Source: Nitrospinales bacterium (GTDB lineage Bacteria; Nitrospinota; Nitrospinia; Nitrospinales; VA-1). From it: 64,000 bases of DNA. The stretch is taken from contig CBDCWG010000012.1 of the NCBI GenBank assembly GCA_965223345.1, positions 3,232,001 through 3,296,000 on the forward strand, given 5' to 3'. Under the pieces are notes generated by a model that saw only the letters and a program-made list of their open reading frames with translations, did no database searches and had not been told where the DNA came from. Shown here piece after piece: positions 31,630 through 41,530 of this stretch. Each line of letters opens with the position of its first letter. Position 1 is the stretch's first letter. A program made the translations under genes and the position numbers.

Positions 31630-32946
31630 ATGGACCTCCTCGTGAGTTGTGCCGGAAGCCCTGACCTCTATGAGCCAGAGCGAGGGGTTTATGATCGAAT
31701 TTTTTCCAGATTCTTACACAGGAAACGGTTAAAATCAAGGGAATTAAAACCGGAGCACGCCTTGAGAAAGCAGCAAAATTTACAAGAATTTATCAGGTTT
31801 TTCCGCAGCCGGAGCGCCGCCTGCCTGAGCGCCGCCGGACTGCTGCTTGGCGGCCCGCTTTTGGGCGGCTGCGATATCAAACTGCCCTCCCCGCCCCCGG
31901 ACCTGTTTTACAAGTTCAACGTGCTGCCGGTGGGACAGGGCCCCTCGCATCTGCTGACGCTGGATCTCAACCGCGACGGCGAGGCGGACATCGTGTCGGC
32001 GAACGCCAAGAACAGCACGCTGTCGCTGATGTACGGCAAGGGGGACGGCACGTTTCGCACCACCGAGAACCTCAGGGTGCCGCAGGAACCCACCTCGCTG
32101 GCAGCAGGCGATCTGAACGGCGACGGGCTGCTGGACCTGGCGGCCAATTCCCGCGGCACGCATTCGCTCACGGTGCTCATGCAGCGGGCGGACGGCTCGT
32201 TCCGCCGCCTGAAGCCGCATCCCACCGGCCGGGTGCCGCTGGCGGTGATCCTCGACGATTTCAACGCGGACGGGCTGCTCGACGCCGCCGTCACGCTCAC
32301 CTTCGACAAGCTGGAAATCCACATCGGCCGCGGCAACGGCACATTCAGCAAAGGCGAGACCTATTACACGGGCTCGCGCTCGTTCTCGGGCGTCTCCGGG
32401 GATTTCAACGGCGACGGCCACCGCGACCTGGCGGTGGCGGCCACCAGTTCGGGAGCCAGCTCGCTTAGGGTGTTCTGGGGCAACGGCGACGGCACCTTTC
32501 AAAAACCCTCAAGGCTGATCGAAGGGCTGATGCCGCTTGCGGTGACGGCGCGCGACATGAATGCGGACGGCAAGGAAGATCTGATCGTGGGCGCGGGCCA
32601 GGGAGACAATATGTACCTGATTCTCTCCAACGGCGACGGCACGTTTCAAAAGGAGACCGCGTTTTCCGGCGGCGGCGGTCCGATGTCCCTGGTCGCCGAG
32701 CATTTCAACGACGACGACCGCATGGACGTGGCGGTGGCCAACTCGCGCAGCAGCAGCTTCTCTCTCATCATCCGCCGGCCGGACGGGCGCTTCCGCTACC
32801 CGACGCGCGACTACGTGGTGGAAGGCGGCACGCCGCTTGCCATCACCAGCGGCGATTACAACGACGACGGCATGATGGACATCGCCGTCGCCAGCAACGC
32901 CGTGCACACGGTGGAGGTCTACCTGCGAAGACGGATCTTGCAGTGA
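31630..32946 (+). CDS. FG-GAP/VCBS repeat beta-propeller lipoprotein (true start likely ~100-150 nt downstream)
   Basis: Seven D(L/F)N.DG..D repeats with G.GDGTF; lipobox LGGC. Confidence 0.85.
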   Translation: MDLLVSCAGSPDLYEPERGVYDRIFSRFLHRKRLKSRELKPEHALRKQQNLQEFIRFFRSRSAACLSAAGLLLGGPLLGGCDIKLPSPPPDLFYKFNVLPVGQGPSHLLTLDLNRDGEADIVSANAKNSTLSLMYGKGDGTFRTTENLRVPQEPTSLAAGDLNGDGLLDLAANSRGTHSLTVLMQRADGSFRRLKPHPTGRVPLAVILDDFNADGLLDAAVTLTFDKLEIHIGRGNGTFSKGETYYTGSRSFSGVSGDFNGDGHRDLAVAATSSGASSLRVFWGNGDGTFQKPSRLIEGLMPLAVTARDMNADGKEDLIVGAGQGDNMYLILSNGDGTFQKETAFSGGGGPMSLVAEHFNDDDRMDVAVANSRSSSFSLIIRRPDGRFRYPTRDYVVEGGTPLAITSGDYNDDGMMDIAVASNAVHTVEVYLRRRILQ

Positions 32947-32960
32947 AGTGGAAATGCCTG

Positions 32961-33235
32961 GAACAGGATGAACGGGATAAAAACCGGATAAAAGAAAAAC
33001 CCGGGCCTCGCGCAAAGGCGCGAAGACGCAAAGAAAGGCAAAAACCAGGGACAGGATTAACAGGATAAAAGCGGAAAAAACGATAGCCTGGTTAAACCGC
33101 AATGCTCACAGGGTGAAGACGTAGAGGACGCAAAGCCCCCTCTCACCCAAGCTACCCCAAGTATTTTGATAATTTGATAAGCGGGTGCCGAGCTATGCTC
33201 GGCGCAACCTCTCCCCCCTCGGGGGGAGAGGGGCT
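32961..33235. repeat. Mosaic of several short intergenic repeat families
   Basis: ACAGGATGAACGGGAT and ACAGGATTAACAGGAT; CGCAAAGGCGCGAAGACGCAAAG; hairpin GTGCCGAGC-TAT-GCTCGGCGC; CCCCTCTCACCC...CCTCTCCCCCCTCGGGGGGAGAGGGG. Confidence 0.65.
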
Positions 33236-33709
33236 TTATAATTCTTCCTCTTCCTTTGAAATCATCAGGCCAGGTATTTTACGAACCACGACCTCATACT
33301 CCGCTTCGGAGAGAAGTAAATAGGCATCTTTTTCATGGGCAATATTTACCAGCCAAGGAGATCCCTCTTCCCTTTGCAGACACAGATCTTCTGGAAGATC
33401 TGGTTGCACCCAGTCAAATAAGTGATTTGCCGCATTATTCAATATTTGCAAAGCCTCTTCACAAAGCTCAAAAGAATAAATATTTGCCGTATGGCCCCAA
33501 AGCCTGGTGCCAGGCCATTCTGATTTTTCCTCACGACTTATTAAAAATTCGTCTAACGATTTCAAGAGCCCTTTTCCGTCATCACTCAGTTCGATCGAAT
33601 CTCGGACCACCAACAGAAATGCATTACAATATCCCAGGGAGACCTTAAGAAGTTCATAATATTCTTTCGCTGTTGGAGTTTTATCAAATCCGTATTGACT
33701 TCGCTTCAT
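33236..33709 (-). CDS. Low-GC hypothetical protein (WPGT...LPEDL...HE family)
   Basis: Intact AT-rich ORF with SEWPGT, LFDW..PDLPEDLCL, WLVNIAHE motifs. Confidence 0.75.
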   Translation of the reverse strand: MKRSQYGFDKTPTAKEYYELLKVSLGYCNAFLLVVRDSIELSDDGKGLLKSLDEFLISREEKSEWPGTRLWGHTANIYSFELCEEALQILNNAANHLFDWVQPDLPEDLCLQREEGSPWLVNIAHEKDAYLLLSEAEYEVVVRKIPGLMISKEEEEL

Positions 33710-33801
33710 AGTCACCACAACAATTTTTAGAGTTTCATCTCATTTCCCTTAAAAGCGATCTTCTATCAAATCTCATCTTGATTGCGTCTTTGCACGCAAC
33801 T

Positions 33802-33882
33802 CATCCTTCGACAGGCTCAGGATGACAGGTAAATTTTCCGCGCTGTATTCAATGTGTCGCCCTGAGCTTGTCGAAGGGTGAC
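33802..33882. repeat. REP-like inverted pair (CTTCGACA(A/G)GCTCAGG family)
   Basis: catccttcgacaggctcaggatgaca ... tgtcgccctgagcttgtcgaagggtga; matches the 9025-9117 cluster. Confidence 0.8.
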
Positions 33883-33896
33883 GAGGCATTTGATTT

Positions 33897-36053
33897 TCAG
33901 CCCGCGGGTGTGAACTCGGGGACGGTGGGGAGTTTGCGCCACTTGTTGAAGTGAAACTGGATGTCGCCGCTTTTGACCGGCTTGATCTTCTCGTAGGTTT
34001 CGCTGCCGTCCGGCTGGGCATGGACGATGACGATTTTCTTGTCCATGAGGGTGGTCGCCTTGCGCACGAACAGGAAGGTGTAGGGCTGATCCTTGGCGAT
34101 CTGCCGGTGCAGCTTGTGGGTCATGCGGATCTGCTCGTCGCGGTCGTACTCGCGGCGGATGCGCTCGATCAGGCGGTCCACTTCGGGATTCTCGTAGCCG
34201 ACGAAGTTCAGCCGGTTGGGACCGGTCTGGCTGGAATGCCAGAGCTGAAACATGTCGGGGTTGGGCCCGGTGCTCCAGCCCAGCACCAGGGCGTCGAACT
34301 TGAGGGCATTGACAAAATCCTTGAGGAACACCGCCCATTCGAAGAACTGGGTGTTGCATTTGACGCCGATTTTTTTCCAGCTGTTCTGCACGATGCTCAG
34401 GATGTTCTTGCGGACGGGGTTGCCGCTGTTGGTGATGAGGTTGAACTCGAACAGCTTGCCGTCTTTTTCCAGCCAGCCGTCGGCGTTTTTCTTCCAGCCT
34501 TCCTGTGCGAGCAGCTTCTGGGCGCCGCCGGGATCGTATGGAATCGGGGCGACGCTGTGATCGTACCAGTCGGTGATCTTGGCGTAGGGCCCGGTGACGC
34601 GCTCGCCTTCTCCGTAGAGGATGTACTGGATGATCTCATCGACGTTGATCGCCATGCCTAAAGCGGTGCGCACCTTGACGGACTGGAACAGCGGTTTCCT
34701 TAAGTTGTAGCCGATGTAGGCGTAGGTCATGCCGACGGTGGAGAAGCTCTGGTACTTGGGATCCTCGCGCAGCCTTTCGACCTGATGCGGTTCGACGCCG
34801 TAGCCGTCCACGGCGCCGGAGTAGAATTCCATCTCCCGCACCAGTGTGTCGGGGATGATGCGCATGATGTATTCGTGATACTGCGGCGGGCCTTCCCAGT
34901 AATCCTCGTTGCGGGTGAGGCGGATCATCTCGTCGGATTTCCATTCCTTGAAAATGTAGGCCCCGGTGCCGATGGGGTTGCGGTTGAAGCGGCTGTCGCG
35001 CAGGGTGAAGGTTTCCGGATCTTCGCCGCGCTCTTTCGCTTCCTGTCTGAGCTGCTTCTCGTTGAGCAGGTGCTCGGGCAGCATCCCCATGGTGGCCCAG
35101 GAAAACAGCGCCGGTGAGAACAGGCGCTTGTAGACGATGCGCACTTTGTGGCCGTTCACCACGTCGAGGCTTTTGATCGGCTCGTAGGTGGAAGTGCGCG
35201 GCGAGGCGTTGCGCGGGTTCATGATGGATTGGTAGGTGAACAGGACGTCGCCGGCGTCGAATTCGTGGCCGTCGTGAAACCGCACGCCTTTGCGCAATTC
35301 AAACACGATGACGGGGTTGTGCTCTTTCACCGGAAGCAGCGTTTCATACTGCGCCGCCAGGCGCTTTTGATCGGCGGGCTTTTTGGCCGCGATGAAGTTT
35401 GCGTGCGGGAATTGCTTGAAATAGGCCTCCCCCAGCAGCCGTTCGATCGGCTTGAAAAAATCCTGATCGATTTTGTCGAGCGTGAATTTCAGGCGCGCCG
35501 GCCGGGTGAGCCTGTAGCCGACTTTCTCCATGCGCGGCCGCCCCTTTTCCATCTGCGGTTTGCCGTCCGCTCCCAGAACGGGAACCGAAATTTCATCTTC
35601 GAGCACGTCGCCGTCCACCATTTGCACCGACTTCAGGTTTTGTGTCCAACCGGTTTCGGATTGCAGCGCGTCGCGCAGGAACCGCTCCCAGCCTGGTGCG
35701 TCGTTGAGGGACGCCGCCTCCGGCAGCGCGGTTTGCAGATGGCCGGGGTCGATGAGCAGGTACGCCTCTTCGAACTGCCGGCGCGAGGTGGCGAGCCGCA
35801 GCCTGAGACCGAGGTTTTCGTCCAGATCCATCAGGGTGTCGAAAACCCGGCTTTCGATCTCGCTGCTCGCGGTGTCGGCGCTGAGGACGGGATTGAGGAT
35901 CTGGGCGTCGCCCGACGAGGCGCTCAGGTACTTGAGCAGACGGTCCGGATTGCCCACGGCCTGGTTCTCGTACGTGGGCACCCAGAAGAAGGATTGGGCC
36001 AGAATCAATATAAGAAACAACGGCAAGTAGGTGAGGATGCGTTTGACTGTCAT
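33897..36053 (-). CDS. Oligopeptide/nickel ABC transporter substrate-binding protein (family 5) with large insertion
   Basis: LRKGVRFHDG.EF.A.DV.FT, PIGTGAY, N.DYW, VRTAL.MAIN; N-terminal TM anchor. Confidence 0.9.
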   Translation of the reverse strand: MTVKRILTYLPLFLILILAQSFFWVPTYENQAVGNPDRLLKYLSASSGDAQILNPVLSADTASSEIESRVFDTLMDLDENLGLRLRLATSRRQFEEAYLLIDPGHLQTALPEAASLNDAPGWERFLRDALQSETGWTQNLKSVQMVDGDVLEDEISVPVLGADGKPQMEKGRPRMEKVGYRLTRPARLKFTLDKIDQDFFKPIERLLGEAYFKQFPHANFIAAKKPADQKRLAAQYETLLPVKEHNPVIVFELRKGVRFHDGHEFDAGDVLFTYQSIMNPRNASPRTSTYEPIKSLDVVNGHKVRIVYKRLFSPALFSWATMGMLPEHLLNEKQLRQEAKERGEDPETFTLRDSRFNRNPIGTGAYIFKEWKSDEMIRLTRNEDYWEGPPQYHEYIMRIIPDTLVREMEFYSGAVDGYGVEPHQVERLREDPKYQSFSTVGMTYAYIGYNLRKPLFQSVKVRTALGMAINVDEIIQYILYGEGERVTGPYAKITDWYDHSVAPIPYDPGGAQKLLAQEGWKKNADGWLEKDGKLFEFNLITNSGNPVRKNILSIVQNSWKKIGVKCNTQFFEWAVFLKDFVNALKFDALVLGWSTGPNPDMFQLWHSSQTGPNRLNFVGYENPEVDRLIERIRREYDRDEQIRMTHKLHRQIAKDQPYTFLFVRKATTLMDKKIVIVHAQPDGSETYEKIKPVKSGDIQFHFNKWRKLPTVPEFTPAG

Positions 36054-36237
36054 GACAAAATCATATCAGAAAACCGATGCGGGCTCGGGAATTTCTCCTG
36101 CTCACAGGAAAATCGGCAACCCATCCTAAAAACCGGTGTTTAAGCCGATAAGACCCCATACCTGCCCGCGCTGTCAAAGCGCGGGAATCGGGGGAAAAAA
36201 TTTCTTGACTTGTCCCAAAATTGGCTATATTGGTAAT

Positions 36238-36274
36238 ACCTCGCGGTCGAGATCCCGATCGCGAGGTCTTTTTT
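36238..36274 (+). terminator. Strong hairpin plus T-run upstream of ferredoxin gene
   Basis: ACCTCGCGGTCG-agatcc-CGATCGCGAGGT-CTTTTTT. Confidence 0.55.
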
Positions 36275-36371
36275 AAGGAGAAACTCCTTATATATTCAAC
36301 TTTTATAAAGAAAGCCCCTATACTGTTAAGTAGGTTTTTGTTTCTTTCTTTTTCGTAATTTCAATCTTTGA

Positions 36372-36713
<342 letters not shown>

Positions 36714-36888
36714 GTTTCTTTGTCACCAGCGGCTTCTTGAGGCGCTGTCCCGGAAGCCGTTGGTTTCACCTGATTTGACCGGGGCGCAAGCAGGGATATC
36801 CCGATCGCAAGATCGGGAGTGTTTCCTTATCTTTCAGAAAAGCGCCCTGCCCGCCTTTTTGGAAAATAAAATCTTTCCCCAAGATTCC

Positions 36889-36916
36889 TTGACAACCAGC
36901 AGGAAAGCGTTATACC
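36889..36916 (+). promoter_or_regulatory. Sigma70 promoter for tRNA
   Basis: TTGACA-N16-TATACC about 45 nt upstream of the tRNA. Confidence 0.55.
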
Positions 36917-36959
36917 TTTACGGAACCTTTTCCTGCATTTCATTCTGAAATCAAATCAC

Positions 36960-37036
<77 letters not shown>

Positions 37037-37042
37037 AATACA

Positions 37043-37086
37043 ACAAGGGGTTGAGCGAAATCGCTCAGCCCCTTGTTTATTATTTT
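37043..37086 (+). terminator. Terminator after tRNA
   Basis: AACAAGGGGTTGAGCGA-AA-TCGCTCAGCCCCTTGTT followed by T-rich tract. Confidence 0.7.
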
Positions 37087-37127
37087 AATATCCTGCCCCA
37101 CTCCTGCCCCACCTTTTTGGGGTCCGA

Positions 37128-37652
37128 ATGATGAATGAAATGAAAAATTTATTTATCACCGGTTGGTTAATGGTTGCCGCGGCTGTTGTTGGTTCCCTGG
37201 TGACTGTGTTTGCCCCGGAAATTAGAGAAGCGGTAATTGCTACTGATGAGCGTAGCTATATCCGGGAGAAAAATTTCGATGAGTTGCGCGAAATTCTGGA
37301 CCCCCTCCCTGCTTTGCAAAGAGAAACCGTTATTAGAGAAAATTATTTAAATCGATGGGTTAAATGGAAGGGAGTAGTTGTATCAATCGCTTCATCTTCA
37401 TCTGGAAAAGAATTTGGGGTTTTAGTGAGCGATTCTATTCCTGCTCGGCAATTTCCACTTCCAGAATATGTACAAATTATTTTGAGTGAAACCTGGAAAC
37501 CGGAGGTGGAAACTCTCAGGAAAGAAGACCAGATAGAATATAGCGGGCAAATTGAACTGCTTACTCTTGGGGGAGTAGATAAGCCTTCTTTGCGTTTAAA
37601 AAACGGTTATTTCAGATTAATAAAAAGACCCCACCCTGACCGCGTGTACTAA
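37128..37652 (+). CDS. Low-GC membrane-anchored hypothetical protein, possible OB-fold
   Basis: N-terminal TM; Y.NRWVKWKGVV...LRKEDQIEYSGQI pattern. Confidence 0.7.
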   Translation: MMNEMKNLFITGWLMVAAAVVGSLVTVFAPEIREAVIATDERSYIREKNFDELREILDPLPALQRETVIRENYLNRWVKWKGVVVSIASSSSGKEFGVLVSDSIPARQFPLPEYVQIILSETWKPEVETLRKEDQIEYSGQIELLTLGGVDKPSLRLKNGYFRLIKRPHPDRVY

Positions 37653-37727
37653 AGGAATCGCCCCCCCTCACGCCACCTCTTTAGGCGTCATCCTCTCTTC
37701 ACACCTTGTAAATTTAAGAGGGAAACT

Positions 37728-37898
37728 ATGATTTCTTACTTAATATTGTTGGCCCTGATTATAATTATTATCCAAATCAATCATACGAAACACAAGATTT
37801 GCGGATATCTCCACCGACTGAACAGGATTGGATATCAAATCGCACACGGGGAGCCTGATCCATCAAAATCTTATGAGGAAGAAAACGGACTTCTATAA
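37728..37898 (+). CDS. Small low-GC single-TM protein (56 aa), not in ORF track
   Basis: AAGAGGG upstream; MISYLILLALIIIIIQINHTKHK...EEENGLL*. Confidence 0.5.
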   Translation: MISYLILLALIIIIIQINHTKHKICGYLHRLNRIGYQIAHGEPDPSKSYEEENGLL

Positions 37899-38019
37899 GT
37901 AACCTTTCGGACCTCCCCTGCTTATTTTCTCTTTCCAGGAAACTGGAAAAATTTCCCCCTATAGATAATCTTTACCTCAGAGTTAACCTGTTTTTGCATG
38001 CACTTCTGGTCTTTGCCGT

Positions 38020-38481
38020 ATGGAAAAAATCATTTGCAGGATGATGAAACCGGGGGAAGAACCCGCTGTCTGCGGTCTGGTGAGGCGGATCTTCGAGAAA
38101 CGGATTGCGCAGGAGTTCGAGGCGGAAGGTGTGCAGGAGTTCTTCCGCTTCGCCGATCCTGAGGCCATGCGGGTGCGGATGCAGTCCGGCGGGTTCGTGT
38201 TTCTGGCGCTGCAATCGGATGAGCCGGTGGGCATGTTGGAGTTTGCGCCCCCCGACCGCATCGCCATGCTTTTTGTCCAGCTTGAGCAACAGGGAATCGC
38301 CAAGGCGTTGCTGGCGCGCACCGTCGAACAAGTCCGCGCCGCAAACCCGGGCCTGCCGAAACTGACCGTGCATTCGTCTCACTATGCCGAACCCATCTAC
38401 CGCAGGCTGGGGTTCGTGCAGACCGGGGATGCGACAACGGAACACGGGATCACCTACCTCCCCATGCAACTCGATCTCTAA
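38020..38481 (+). CDS. GNAT family acetyltransferase
   Basis: IAMLFV...QQGIAKALL, LTVHSS.YA.PIY.RLGF. Confidence 0.85.
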   Translation: MEKIICRMMKPGEEPAVCGLVRRIFEKRIAQEFEAEGVQEFFRFADPEAMRVRMQSGGFVFLALQSDEPVGMLEFAPPDRIAMLFVQLEQQGIAKALLARTVEQVRAANPGLPKLTVHSSHYAEPIYRRLGFVQTGDATTEHGITYLPMQLDL

Positions 38482-38543
38482 GGGGCTATTTTTGTGTGGT
38501 CATCCTGCCTTGAGAAAGGGTACTAATTTCCTCACCCCAACCC
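38465..38543 (+). repeat. Imperfect direct repeat, copy 1 (copy 2 at 39793-39870)
   Basis: tgcaactc...aaggggctatttt...agaaagggta.ta.tttcctca.cccaaccc shared by both copies. Confidence 0.8.
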
Positions 38544-38623
38544 TTTCTATAAGACAGAGAAATTGGCACCGACAGTTTTGAACCCGATGGAGTTGTTTCT
38601 AAAACGGATACAAAATTTGCCGG

Positions 38624-38998
38624 TCACCAGTTTGTCCAGCACCTCTCCAAGTCTTTCACGGACAGGATGCCTACGATATTTCCTTTTTCCGTCACAGAAA
38701 TATGGCGGATATTGTTCTCTTTCATAAGTTCGCTGGCTTTTGCTATAGGCTCATCCTTTTCAACGGTGATGATGGGTGCGGTCATCATTTCTGATACTCT
38801 AATAGAATTGGAGTCGTCGTCCTTAAAGAACTTGTGAATCCAATCTGTTTTCGTGAATATCCCCACGTATTCTCCATTTTCCTCTACCAGAAAAGCCCCC
38901 ACATTTTTTTGATACATTTCTCCGACGGCGTCATAGGCAAAGGCATCCGGGCTTGTGGTCAATACAGGGGAACTCATATAGGATCCTGCTGTTATCAT
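38624..38998 (-). CDS. CBS-domain pair protein
   Basis: Two CBS domains (VGIFTKTD, IRHISV...VGILSVKD); low GC. Confidence 0.88.
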   Translation of the reverse strand: MITAGSYMSSPVLTTSPDAFAYDAVGEMYQKNVGAFLVEENGEYVGIFTKTDWIHKFFKDDDSNSIRVSEMMTAPIITVEKDEPIAKASELMKENNIRHISVTEKGNIVGILSVKDLERCWTNW

Positions 38999-39053
38999 TG
39001 GAAGCCTCCGGCATGCGATAAAAATTAAACATGGTTCTTGTTAATCACATCTT

Positions 39054-39539
39054 TCAAGCACGGTCCTGTGTGGGGATTATCAGGACTGGAACAGATGACT
39101 TATGAAGCACCCCTTCGCTTATGCTGCCGATAAGCAGGCGGTCTACAATTCCTTTACCATGTGAACCCAGTATCACCATATCCACCGACAACTTGTCTGC
39201 CTCTTGCAAGATGGTTTCAACTTTAGGTCCCTGGGCGAGTCGCGCATAACAATTTATTCCCATCGAACGGAATTCCTGACTGAGTTGTTGCAGGTGGCGA
39301 TGCTCGTCTTTGAGTTTGTTGGCGACAACATCTCTGATTTCTATGGAATCCAATGCAAATGATGCCATCGCAGGATCTCCTGCAAAGGACATGGCTTCAG
39401 AGCCCACGATCTGCACGAAATCGACATCGGCAACATGCAATAGCCATATTTTTGCAGAAAGTGCTTTTGCTAAAGTTTTCGCTTGTTCAACCACTTTTTG
39501 TGAAGACTCAGATAAATCGATAGCGACTAACAGTTTCAT
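39054..39539 (-). CDS. Universal stress protein (UspA family)
   Basis: LLVAIDLSESS, DMVILGSHG, LIGSISEGVL..PVLII; low GC. Confidence 0.92.
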   Translation of the reverse strand: MKLLVAIDLSESSQKVVEQAKTLAKALSAKIWLLHVADVDFVQIVGSEAMSFAGDPAMASFALDSIEIRDVVANKLKDEHRHLQQLSQEFRSMGINCYARLAQGPKVETILQEADKLSVDMVILGSHGKGIVDRLLIGSISEGVLHKSSVPVLIIPTQDRA

Positions 39540-39792
39540 GTTTTTTCCAGTTTAAAATCATGCGGCAGTTATAAAATCAATAGCTTATCTGATGGCGAAT
39601 CCGGGCCATCCGGTCTGGTCCGCCTTATAGATTAAGAGCCTGGATTGGACAAAAATATTCTATAAAAGCTTTTCCAGGTTTAGAGATGGCGAAAACCCAA
39701 TTCTTTGGGTGGCGAATTTGCCCAGCGAAACGCTTGCCCGCATTGGCGAAATTATAGCGAAATCCTGCCGGCGCATGACCGGTCTCCTGCCC

Positions 39793-39870
39793 TGCAACTC
39801 ATCCTCCAAGGGGCTATTTTTTGTAGCCAAGCTGCGCTCAGAAAGGGTAGTATTTTCCTCATCCCAACCC
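39793..39870 (+). repeat. Imperfect direct repeat, copy 2
   Basis: Aligns by eye with 38465-38543. Confidence 0.8.
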
Positions 39871-39886
39871 CACTGTCAGGACGGTC

Positions 39887-41242
39887 ATGATGGAAACCAG
39901 ATTCGTTTGCCAAACGACGGTCATTCTCTGCACCTGGCTGTTCTTGAGTCTCGTGCCTAAGGTTGCCATTGCCAAAGGCGAAGTCGATCCGCAGCTGGTC
40001 GGCACCTGGAAGCTCAACTACCCCGGTCCGCCCACGTTCTGGGTCGTTCGCGCGGACGGCGTCTACCGGATACACGGTCCGCAGACCGCGGCCCACAGCC
40101 ATCGCGGTGAGTTTCAGGCCGCCAAAGGCAAGTGGTCGCTGAACTCTCCGAAGTGGCAGGACGGCGGGACATACGAGTTGAAGGATGAGAACACCTGGGT
40201 TGCGATCGGCAAGCTGGGCGCCGGCACCTGGAGCCGGGTCTGGAAGCCCGGCGATCCGCAGTCCGGACCGCCCGCCCCCACTCCCGCCTGCGAGTTGCTG
40301 ACGCTCGACGAAGTCGCGCGCGTGCTGGAAGCGCCGGTGTCCAAGGCCAAACGGCAGGGCGGGCCCGATGAAGGCTGCAAGTTCAAATCGGCGTTGAACG
40401 ATTACGAGCGGCTGACGCTGTGGATGACGCACGGCAGCACCATCACCGATACGTTTCAGCGCGAGCGCAAGGGGGCGAAGTCCGCGATCGATGTTCCGGG
40501 TGTGGGCCGTGCGGCGTACGCCACGATCTCCCGCAACGGCATCCTGCTGATCCATGTGCTGGGAAACGAGGGTTTCGACAAAAGCCGCCACGCCAACATG
40601 GGGACCCTGTTCAAACTGTCCCTCAAGGTCCTGCCGAAAGCGACGCAGGCGGAGATCCCTTTGCTGGCGAACCTCGCCAAACGGGCGTTCGAGCGCTGGG
40701 GCGGCAAGAAACCGCTGCGCGTGAATCCGCGCAAGAAATCGTCCTCTGCCCCCAAAGGCTTCAGCCTGGGCTCGTTGTTGGGCGCCGGCACTCCCCTGCC
40801 GCCGGGCGACAAGGGCGCCTGTCTGGTCTCGGCCGATGAAATCGAAAACGCGATCGGCGTGCCGTTTGAGGACGGCAAGTCGTACGGATCGCCCCAGCTG
40901 CAGGGCAGTGTCAAGAAAGCCATCTGCAAATACCGGCAGCGGCAGGGCCACGGCGGCGAAATCGCGATCGCCTTTCACTCGCGCAGCTCGACGCGGCAGA
41001 CCTGGATGCGCCGGAAAGGGAAACCGGAATTTTACGATTACCAGTATGTGCCCGGCATCGGCGATGACGCCTACTGGCATTTTGTGGAGAGCGGGTCGCT
41101 TCTGCGCGTCAGCGCCCTGTATGGCAACGGTCAGCTGAATATAGAATGGAAGGGCAACGAGCGCTGGGGAACCGGGCCCACCGAAGATCAAAAGGAACCG
41201 ATGCTCAGCCTGCTCAAGGTGGCCGGCAAACGGCTGCAGTGA
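39887..41242 (+). CDS. Secreted hypothetical protein with an N-terminal Trp-rich domain and two internally repeated Cys-containing domains
   Basis: Signal peptide; ACELLTLDEV...C...VPGVGRAAY and ACLVSADEI...C...VPGIGDDAY. Confidence 0.78.
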   Translation: MMETRFVCQTTVILCTWLFLSLVPKVAIAKGEVDPQLVGTWKLNYPGPPTFWVVRADGVYRIHGPQTAAHSHRGEFQAAKGKWSLNSPKWQDGGTYELKDENTWVAIGKLGAGTWSRVWKPGDPQSGPPAPTPACELLTLDEVARVLEAPVSKAKRQGGPDEGCKFKSALNDYERLTLWMTHGSTITDTFQRERKGAKSAIDVPGVGRAAYATISRNGILLIHVLGNEGFDKSRHANMGTLFKLSLKVLPKATQAEIPLLANLAKRAFERWGGKKPLRVNPRKKSSSAPKGFSLGSLLGAGTPLPPGDKGACLVSADEIENAIGVPFEDGKSYGSPQLQGSVKKAICKYRQRQGHGGEIAIAFHSRSSTRQTWMRRKGKPEFYDYQYVPGIGDDAYWHFVESGSLLRVSALYGNGQLNIEWKGNERWGTGPTEDQKEPMLSLLKVAGKRLQ

Positions 41243-41263
41243 CTGCGCCGGTGCATCGACGCT

Positions 41264-41440
41264 TCACCCTGTGATTTTTTTAGACAAGCCCGCCACTTCG
41301 ATCCAGCGGGTGTTGGAGGCGTTGCGCAACTTCAGGACCCCCGTCGCGTTGTCCTGCCACCACATGTGCGGACACGTGTTCACGGGTTCGCCGGGGCTGT
41401 GATCCTGCATCCCCTTCATCGATTCTGCTTTGATTACCAT
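41264..41440 (-). CDS. Unannotated 58-aa protein resembling a phage tail-fibre short motif
   Basis: GGAGG 7 nt before ATG; MVIKAESMKGMQDHSPGEPVNTCPHMWWQDNATGVLKLRNASNTRWIEVAGLSKKITG*. Confidence 0.65.
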   Translation of the reverse strand: MVIKAESMKGMQDHSPGEPVNTCPHMWWQDNATGVLKLRNASNTRWIEVAGLSKKITG

Positions 41441-41530
41441 TATGGTTCCTCCGGACGGATGGGTTGAGGCGCCCTCTTTTTACCCCGGGCGCCTGGATGC
41501 AAAGCGTTCGGTTCGATTAAAGTCCGGGCT

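Noticed and set aside
32961..33235. Possible CRISPR array
   Set aside because: Repeats differ from each other, have no regular spacer period, and no cas genes are present
36127..36151. Sigma28 promoter (TAAA...GCCGATAA) upstream of ferredoxin
   Set aside because: Spacer is 13 nt rather than 15; insufficient support
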